From: Rhynchopus sp. YZ270_cl-10
Taxonomy: Eukaryota
NCBI GenBank assembly: GCA_964035575.1
Contig: OZ037847.1
Coordinates: forward strand, 558,001-622,000
Direction of reading: 5' to 3'
DNA length: 64,000 nucleotides
In this document: piece by piece, positions 54,624 through 64,000 of the stretch
How positions within the stretch are numbered: position 1 is the first letter of the stretch
Layout: every line of letters begins with the position of its first letter
Notes under the pieces: model-generated
Databases searched by the model: none
What the model saw: the letters and a program-made list of their open reading frames with translations, nothing else
What the model was told of the DNA's origin: nothing
Program-made: the position numbers and the translations under genes

Positions 54624-56997
54624 GTGGTATCACTTTTTTTTTGATTTTTTTTTTTGGGTTTTTTTTTTAGAAGACAATACTGGAATACAGAACAAGACAT
54701 TTATCAGGTTGGGGGGAGTAAGGTAGGGCGCCTTATCGTTTCAACTTAGGGCTCCCCACCCTTCCCTACCGACATGATTTTTTTTTTGTTTTTTTTCAAT
54801 TTTTTGATAATAAATCTGGGTTTAGCGGGGCCATTGCACAAAAAAAATATTGTTTTCTCGCGCATGACCTGCACTATCCCCTGGATTTTGTTGTTGTTTT
54901 GTTTGATAACCTGTAAGTGTAGCTGCCACGCAAGCAGCCTGCACAGTCCAGGATATCGCGTTGGGGTTTTTTCTTCTTTTTTTTCATTCTCAGGAAAAGG
55001 CCTTTTTGATTTCTGGGAAGGGGGGGTTTTTTTTGAAACCTTTTCGTACGTTTTACAATCAGGCGAGGTGTCGAAGAGAATCGTTTACAATCCACCAGAG
55101 TCCGGAAGATTTTAAACAATAGATAATAGACCATTCGTTTCCGAGAAAAAAGTGTTGAGGGTCCTCAAAGGCAGTGGTCGCTGGGAAGTGAGTGCAAAGG
55201 GAGAAAGGGAGAAGTGAGGCTCAAGGCTGTGGAACACGCCTCTGACGCCAAACACCTGGTCTCGAATACACTGCATAGGGGGGGAAAAAAAAGAAAAGTT
55301 TGACGAGATGAACTTAAGCCTCTCGTACTTAGTCACCTAAAATGAGGTTTCCGTTTTTTTTTTTTTTTTTTCTTTTTTTTTTTGGCTGAAGGGGAGGAAG
55401 GGCATTGTGCTTCTCGTTTCATTAGAAACAAGGTTTTTGGGGCTTTTTTTCGTCGAAAAAAGACAGTTCATAAACCCGGTGTCGTTGTGACAAAGCACAG
55501 AGATTCCGTGGGGCAAAGTGGGTATTGGATATCTATAATATTTTGCAAGAAAAAAAAAAGGGTGTGGTCGGAACCAGGGAAACGTACTGGATACGTCGGG
55601 AATTTGGGTTCCAATCACACAGGGGGTTTTTTTTGAATGTATAGGTCGTAAAACGCATGCATCTAGGAAGGGGGGGGAAAACAACAGACGTCAACGGTAT
55701 TTCATTGAAACACCGTGTGTACTGTCGAAACTGCGAAAGGCAATCACTGAAGGCGAATATGAGAAGTTCGGTATTTTTGTAGTATCGACAGTCACCTTGT
55801 CCGAGGACGGGTTCTGTACACCCTTTTTTTTTTTAATACCAACTGGCGGCTGAAGAATTCTGATAGTATAAAACATCGGAAAACACAGACCGTAGGTATC
55901 CCCCGAATTCGCAGTGACATTAGTAAACATTTTAGGGAAAAGCAAATAAAATAAAAGAAAACCCGATGAAAGGGGCCCTCGCAGGCACGACAGACATCTG
56001 GATTTGGGAGGCTGAATACAAAAAAAAAACTCTGTTTTATATTATTTCGTTTTGTGTTAAGGTACACTTCCAATACGCAGATATTGCGAGTAGGCCAAAA
56101 AACTTTTTTTTCCTTTTTTTTTTTTTGAGTGTGAACCGAAACAATGGGGACTAGGCGACGTTGGGTGGGAGGGGGTAGTACTAATTTCTCTTTTGCGGTT
56201 TAAAGGGTATTTTTTATAGAGAAATTCGAAAATGCGAAAAGGATTCGTAGTAAAAAAAAACAAGCAAAAACACAAAAGTGAAGTTGATAGTGCAAACGCC
56301 TCTGGGACGCAGGCACTGACACTCCGCGGGTAAAAAAAAGGAAGAAAAAAACTAGGCGAGCTGAGGTACCTCACCACCACCTTGCAAGGCCAGAGGGTAA
56401 AGAGTGTCAACCCACTCTCACGTGGAAGATATCACTGCTAAGACGACACCGTCCGGGCAAATTGATAGATTATCAATGCAGGGCTCCTCACCGAACCACC
56501 CTCACAGGATGCAAGCATAAGACAAAAAATAAATTGCAAAAAAATGATACCTGAAACGTGTCATACTCCTCCAAATTTCCAAAATAAAAAAATGAATAAA
56601 ATAAAGGGAGGGGTGAAGTTGACAGTGCAAACGTCCTGGAGATGCAAGCACCGCTCCGTGGGTTATCAAAAACCCCCGGAGTGTTGCACTCACAGAGTTG
56701 CTCACAATAAAAACTGTCCCCAAAGAAAGGTAGATATGTGGCCTAAGCTGAGCCATTTAAAAAAAAGAGCAAAGCTTGTAAACTACGTGCTTATTCACCT
56801 TTGAAAAGAACATAAAAAAGGAATTACCTTGCAGGTGTATTGGAAGCATAAAACAAAAAAAAAAAAAAAAAACAGCACAAAATAAGGGGCCAAATAGTTG
56901 GGCGGTAACAGAAGATCCCATTGGAAGGGAGCTAAAAAAAAAAAAAAAAAAAAAAGAGGGTGAAAGTTGGCTGTGCGAGAACACAAGCGGAAACTGG

Positions 56998-58457
56998 CAG
57001 GGTAGATCCTTATTTTCGCTAAAAACGCTAAAAATCCCAGATTTATTTTCGTTTTTTTCCTTTTTTTTTCTCTCCCGTTTTTGAAATTTTTCCGCGCAGG
57101 CCTGACGCTAACTTTCAGGTTTTTGGGAAATCGTGGGGTGTTGATGGTTTGTCCGCGAGCGCAGCGAGCGGGAAAAATGAGTGACGGTCTAAAAAAAAAT
57201 CCAACAAGCAGGTTGGTACCGTACTGAGGCAGAATAGTGGTGTTTTTTTACACATCTCAGCTGTCGTAGAACTAGACCCCAGGGGATAATATAGGTTTTG
57301 GGGGTTTTCGCTGAAACTCGGTCGAGCCCAACCCAGCTCGTTAGGGCCTCCGGCGGAATGTGAGAATTCCGCGGTTATCCTACTGCGGAGTTCGGCACTG
57401 CATTGATATTTGCACCAGGCACACGCAGCGACCTCAGTATATTTACAAAAAGAAACGGCGGTCGTGGCACCCATGGCGAAGCCACGGTACGCAACATTTC
57501 TAAAAATTGCGCTCAAAATTGCAGATATTTACTGCCAAACTAGTCATGGGAAGGGTGGGTTGCAATCTTGCGCCGCAGGCACGGTACGCTACTTTTTTTC
57601 TTTCGCATGCTTCCTTTTCCTTCGGCGTTTGACCAATTAAATCGCATTCTGGCTGTGACCCTTGTCGGACACTGCGCCCTCTGACAAGGGTAATACTTTC
57701 TAGAAACATTCTGAAAAAAAGTGGTAGTGCCCGGCAAGAAAATTTTCAAAATTAAATAGGTAGTGCCGATGCACCAGCAGTTTGGGTGGGCGAGACAGCA
57801 TTGGGTGAACCTCCGCGAGCGCAGCGAGCGGAAATTTTTTTTCGCAGTTTTTGGGCAAAGTTCAAAATCTCACTAAAAATTAAGTGGGGATTTTCGACAA
57901 CAATACTGGGGCCCCTATGGGTTTTTGGATTTTGGCCGAACAGTGTTGTGTTTCTGCCTTGGTCCGGTTGAAGTCTTTATTACTGGATCTCATACTCCGT
58001 ACAGGTGACCCATACCCGACCTTTAACACACACGCACTTCTTCGAAACCTCCACCCTCAGCACCAACCTTTTTACAATGGTCCGCTTTGCGGGTTTGCGG
58101 ACATAGTAATTGTGTTCTTCAAGGTTATGCTTCAAAATCGTCTTATGCAAGGTGACACTGAGAATTGACACTCATTGGTCCTTGTCTTATGAACTGAAGA
58201 CAAATATTAAAGGGGCATTAAGGGGCGGGCCGAAGGCCAGCCAAAAAAAACGGTAGCGAACTTTTATTTTTTTTTCCTTTTGGTTTCCCCCTTATTTTGA
58301 CTTTCTGGATCGATTGCGGACCGTGGTGGTGCCACTCTGTGCCTGGAAATTAGTAGGTAACCAAAAAAATGGGCCAGAGAAAAAAGGAAAAAAAAAAAGG
58401 AAAAAAAAATAAAAAATCTCGAATCCTTATTTTCACTTTCGCTAAGGATCTACCCTG
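56998..58457. mobile_element. Non-autonomous hAT-type element (1460 bp)
   Basis: Perfect 15-bp TIR CAGGGTAGATCCTTA / TAAGGATCTACCCTG; perfect 8-bp TSD GAAACTGG (56990-56997 / 58458-58465). Confidence 0.92.
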
Positions 58458-61400
58458 GAAACTGGCGTGCCAGGATTTTTTTTTTTTTTTTTGATTTTGA
58501 TTTTTTGATTTTTTTCGCGGGTTAGGAACTCGCGTGACTACTTTTTTTTTTTCCAGGTCTTGGCTATTTTTTTCGACGAAAAGAGAAAAAAAAAAACGTC
58601 ACGCGCGTTCCCAACCCGTGGTTTTTGGTGAATGATGGAATTCACGAACTTCCGTGGGGTGGGGAGAGAAGGGAGAAGGGAAGGGGGGCGGGGAGGTGGC
58701 GGGAAGCGGTATTCGTGGGGCAGCAGCAAACTAGTATCCAGGTTTCCCAAAACCCGCAGGAATTTTTTTCTCCCTCCCCCCAGGGAAAGGTCCGGGTACA
58801 ACATTGGACATCACCCTCCAGGTAAGGGGGGGCTTTGTGTGGCTATTTATTTAATTTAACTTGCGGGGGGGAGTGGAGGAAACAAATATAAATTCATCTT
58901 GCTTTTCCCATTTGCAGAAGAGAAAAAAAAAAGCATACAGGGTGGGAGGCAAAATAGGACTTCCCGTTCTTTTCAAAGCAAAAAAACAAAAAATAAAAAG
59001 CAAAAAATAAAAATGAAAGATGAACGTGCCTCTCTGCACCATCTTTAAAGGGGAGGGGGTGGTGGAAAAGGGGAAGGCGTGAGCCGAGATGGTGGTTATA
59101 ACAGAGTGCGGCTAAAAAGGTTGGAAGGAGGGAGGGGATGGAAACCCTCACAGGGGAAAAAAACTATTTATCGGGGGGGGGGGGGTTCAAAAGAGAAATA
59201 AAACGATTCACCGCGAGGCATTTTTTTTTGATAAATTGTTGGAGTAGTGTAGTTGCCACAGTTGTGCAATCTCCACTGTGTCTGCTTCCAAAAATAGAAA
59301 TTAGATTTCAGGATATGATGCCAAATAAGAAATAAAGAAAGGCTCTTTCGCTTCTCGCAAGCTGTCGTTTTTTTTTTCCCACTGAAAAATAATTTTGGTC
59401 GTGAAAAAAAAGGCAAACAAAGCTAGCTGGCACGCACCGTCAGTCGTTTCTATTACATGTTGCCAAGAACTTCGGTTTTTTTAAAAAAAAATGAATGGAA
59501 AAAGCGAGTCTTCCCAAAGTTAAAAGAACACTGCAGATTTAGTTTATTTTATAAACGATATTTTTTTTTCCTCGGATGGATTATGACTTTTCCCCCCTGA
59601 ATGCAAGTGTTTTTCTCCCCTATGAAGAAGGTATGCGCAACGAGTCTTTTTTTAAAAAACGCGCATTTTTAAAAGAAAGCAGAAAGAAAGAAAAAATTGT
59701 AAGATGAATGTGCCTGATGCACACATCTTTTAAAAAAGACAAAACAAAAATTATTTTTTTTAGAAAACCAAAAGACAGAACCATAATAGGGCGAGCTGGG
59801 TAGGTGAAGGGGAGTGTGGTTTTTTCCTTCAAAAAGCGTGAAAGAAAAAAAAAAGGGGGGGGTCGTTATAAAATATTTAAAAAAAATCAAGACACTGATA
59901 ATATGTGGTTGGATGTGTGCAAGAAGGGGAACATATCACCTTCGCTCTATTCCCCCTCTTCTTCTTCTTCTTTTTTGAAAAATTGTTGGAGTAGTGTAGT
60001 TGCTTCGGTTGTGTTGCCACAGTTGTGCAATCTCCACTCTTTTTTTTTGTTGTTGTGTCGACAATCACCTGCTAGTGCAGGATCTGTGCTCAATGTCGCC
60101 CGAAGGCTAATGTACTTAAAAGATTTCTTTTTTTTTTTTGTGTCTTCAAAAAAAAAAAAAAAAAAACAACGCTGTTTTGCGTCTTCTTTGCTGATTTTTT
60201 TTGTCAGTTGGTGGCTCCATTTTTTTTTCTTCTTTTTGACTCGCAAAAGCCTCCAAAAAACAAAACAAAAACAAGGAAAAGAAAAATAAAAAAAAAAAGG
60301 TGTGGAAAGGATGATCTGGCCTGTTAATGGTCACACCGAGATGACATCCCGTATCCACAGGGGAACTTTTTCATCTGCTCCCAACACGGTTCCAAGCTTT
60401 GCACCCAATATTTCGACCTGACGAATCTGGCTAGCTAACCTGGGAAAATCACCTGACAGAATCATCAGCTCTTAAATCCTCTTGGCCTGACCCCCGTACT
60501 GAAGCTGATTTCAAGAGAGCTTTAAAAAAAAGGGGGGTTTTTTTTTGTCCAGTAACTGGAGATCAATTTCTTTTTGGGAATGTGTGTGTGTGTGTGTGGG
60601 GTAAAGAATATACGTCCACTGAAACGTTTTCTCTTTCTGACAGGAAAACTGTGGAGGGGATCAGACCGGTTAAAAATATGTGATTTGAAAAAAAAAATAC
60701 AAACCCTCTCGTGACAGTGTACCTTGGTGCGTGACCAGTACACCAGATCACCGAACACCGGGGGGTGGACCCGAAAAAAAAAAAAATGATATTTGGTACC
60801 AAGGATGTGGACTGTTCTGTGATTAAAAATTTTTTTTTTTTGCAATTTGCATGAAAGGGGGGGGGAAGGGGTATTACATACAATCTTAGAGTTTTCTCTC
60901 GTTTTGACAAATAAGGGTGAATTGCCCTTCCCAAGAGGAGGACCACCCTTAGAGCCGAACAGATCGTGGGGACTATTACAAAAGAAAAAGGTCAAAATAG
61001 CTATTTGTTAACAACACGATTGTATTGCATTTTGGTGACAATTTTGAACACTCCTAATTTTTTTTGGGGGGATGCATAAAGTGGTTTGGTGAATTAATTG
61101 TCACCCACTGTTATAAAACCACCGTACTAACGCCAATATGGGCCATTAATTTCACTCGAGAATCAATTTGTGCCCCTCAAGTACCCTTTTGGGAACTTGA
61201 GGGGCGTGATTTCTCGAAATAATGACCCAATGATTTGTTGCTAATAAAATTATTATTATTTGTACTCTATTCTGTCAGATTCCGCTTGAAAAATTGGTGC
61301 GTTAAAATCACGAAAACACTTTATTTCACGCTCAGGACAAGCGTGAACATCAGATTACCTGATTTAATTCCACCTATTTCCTTCAGGGGAGTTGCTGTGC

Positions 61401-62230
61401 GTGAAAATAAGATTACATGATTCACGCTGGACAGGTACGTGAAGACGAGCTGACGATGCGTCCGTGGGGTCGGAGGAGGTAAGACAAAAGGGGGGAAGCC
61501 ATCAGCACAAAATATCCCCTTCCACCTCCCAGTTTTTGCTGTTCTCACACCCCCCCGCCCCACTCACATCACCAACACCACAGGATTGCTGTTATTTTGT
61601 TCAATGTAATGCCACCAATTTTTCACCCGGAATCTGACTTACAAAATAAAGTTACGGATTAAATGAAAAATCTGGTCGATTTTCACTTGTGGCGGCATGT
61701 ATCCCTTGTAAAACAATTACTCTACTCGCTCAGTGAAGAATTGTGACTCCGGATAAATGCCACCGTGAAAATGAGTCGATGTGATTTTCACTAAATCAAT
61801 AGTTACATTGGTTTTGTGCACTGTGGTCCGGGGGTGGGGCTTGCGGCCCTTTCTTTCGAAGCACACTGTTCGTTGTTTTATATACCCTAAGTTACACCAA
61901 TATGTAAAAAAAAAAACAGCAATAAAACGACTGCTAGCGCAATATCGGGCATCATCTTAAAACAAAACCACCAAATTTGCATTTGGATGCACAAAATAAC
62001 GAAGATCTGGTTTTTGTCCTTTTATTCAAAATAAATAAATAAAAATGAGTGGATGAGAGAGGGGGAAGAGAACGAGGTAAAGAAGACCCAATGGGTGATA
62101 ATATGCATGGTTTGTATGGATCTGGCCTCACAATGAACATGGTATATTGCTGTCGTGGATTTTTCCATGTTTCTGTGTGTTACATTTTTTTTTACAAAAA
62201 AAACAAAAAAAAAAAAAAAAAAAAAAAAAA

Positions 62231-62441
62231 TTGTCGACACTCGCCTAAATCACCCACCTTAGTGAATAATTAGGGTCTGTACTTAATGTTGACCGAAGCC
62301 TTCTTTGTTCTACGGAAGGTATAGACGTTACGTAGCTTGTCTATTTTTGTTGTGTCGACAATCGCCTAAGAACCGACTTGGGGCTAATAGGGTCTGCACT
62401 CAATGTTGGCCGAAGCCTTTGTACTACAAGAAGGTATAGAC
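62231..62441 (-). repeat. Family F: two diverged tandem ~120-bp units
   Basis: tgtcgaca..cgcctaa...tagggtctg.act.aatgttg.ccgaagcc...gaaggtatagac occurs twice; a third copy lies at ~60055-60110. Confidence 0.75.
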
Positions 62442-62704
62442 TTTTTTTTTTCTTGCTTTTCTTTTTTTGACAGTTTTATTTAGAGTTCCTGTTCTTTTTC
62501 TCCTCCAACAAAGACAGCGTTTGGGAGTCTTTATGCTTCAAAGAAAAAGTTCGGCATCTTCCACTCACAATACAAATACAAGGGGAGGGATGGGTGACTT
62601 CGCTTCAGGGGATATTTCTTTGTGATGTTGTTGTTTTTTTTTGTTTGTTTGATTTTTTTTTTTTTTGTATGGGGAAAAGCGCCTGTAAAACGACAGGTTC
62701 TGTA

Positions 62705-62742
<38 letters not shown>

Positions 62743-64000
62743 GTTGACAAGATGAGCTTAGGCAATCCTCATTAAGGATTGCATAGTCAACTTCGATGGG
62801 TATTTTGCCTTTAGGAAGGCCGGGACAAGATGGGACCAAAAAAGAAGGAAAAAAGAAAAAAAGAAGGAAAAAAAAAACGGAAAACTTGGTTGTATTAGTG
62901 AAAGATTTCCCGAAGACCTCTTCTTGGAACTAACTGCCTCATAGCTTTTCGTGCATTCGCTTTGACAGGAGAGTGAAGCAGTCTTCCTGGGTGCAGAAGG
63001 CTGCCGTGACAGGAAGGGATTGCGCCAGCATCACCAGTCGTAATATGCGGGGGAGCGACAAAAAAAGACAACGAGAGACAATGTTCTGGGTTTTTTTTTT
63101 TTAAAATTTTTTCCCCCCCGAAGTATCTGACAATTTGACAAGAGAAAAAAAAAATAAAAATAATTCTGTACACAATACCACCTTTCAATGACTAGGGTGC
63201 TTACAGAGGGCACGCCCCATCCTTGAAGAATGGCAGAGGGAGAGAAAGAGAGAGAGAGACTTTTGGAAACTCTGGTCCGACCAGGTTTCGTAATTTAAAA
63301 AAAAAAAAATAAAATAAAAAAACTGGCCCCATCTTTCGATCCATCTTTTTCTTTTAAAATTTTTGGACTAAAAAAGCGACCTTTTTTTTTGCCAAAAAAA
63401 AACCGCTGTCCCTCACCAATTTAGACTGTAAATCAACTGGATATTGTGGTGACTCAAAACAGTGTTGTGCTTTTGCTGTGTGTGTGTGTGTTTTTTAACC
63501 TTCACTGGATACATTGTATCCCTGAAAGACAGGGTAGAGACGAAGACAGTGAAAGGGAGACGTGGATGGTAATGGCACGAGGACGAAAAAATAATTTTTG
63601 AAATAGCTAAACGGTCTCCCTTAGACACACATTTTTGAGGGGAGAAAAAAAAAAGAAAAAGAAAAAAAAACTTATAAGATGACTGCACCTCTCACGTGCA
63701 CACATCTTTTAAAAAAAGGGGGTAATCGATACGCAGCTGTAGATATGCTCTGACAAACAAGCGTTCTCTACGGTTCAGACATTTCGCCTGATCAGTCTTC
63801 CTGATAGGAAGCTGTAAGCGGGGTATGCAATTGTTACTCCCCGAAAAATGTGGATTCAAAACCAGTAAACTAAATGTTTTGATGTAATCACCCAAACGGA
63901 TTCTCCGTGGTTCTTCCGTGGGTTGTCCGTACCCCCTGAATCACACCATGTTTTGATTTTTTTTTTTGTTTTTGTAACTATTTTCCCCACAACACAATGG

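Noticed and set aside
53679..63895. Numerous short F/K-rich ORFs
   Set aside because: Products of poly-T/poly-A tracts; no coding-like composition or motifs, though small exons cannot be excluded.

Overview
Eukaryotic genomic DNA, most likely from a euglenozoan and probably a diplonemid. This is inferred from three things: every recognisable gene lies on the minus strand as one directional cluster, eL41 carries a trypanosomatid-like N-terminal extension, and yet several genes have canonical GT-AG cis-introns. Genes in order: a classical protein tyrosine phosphatase; three tandem eL41 genes missed by the ORF track; a 7-exon NIF/FCP1-like HAD phosphatase with a 28S rRNA fragment and a MITE in its introns; an alpha/beta hydrolase; a phosphagen kinase homologue with a degenerate active site; an axonemal dynein intermediate chain; a sugar-enzyme block (2x NAGA-type GH27, an HSD17B14-like SDR, 2x Abp/APSE-like GH27); a (PTPSP)n-stalk multi-TM protein; 24-domain and 3-domain thyroglobulin type-1 proteins; a WD40/coiled-coil protein; and an LRR protein. 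Non-coding DNA holds five CAG-terminated hAT-type elements. It also holds roughly 45-50 (counted by eye) short hairpin elements in six related sub-families. These share an AGG motif on the 3' arm and an AAC+T-run end, and almost all are co-oriented with the genes. They are the most unexplained signal in the window. All calls are by eye; no database searches were run.
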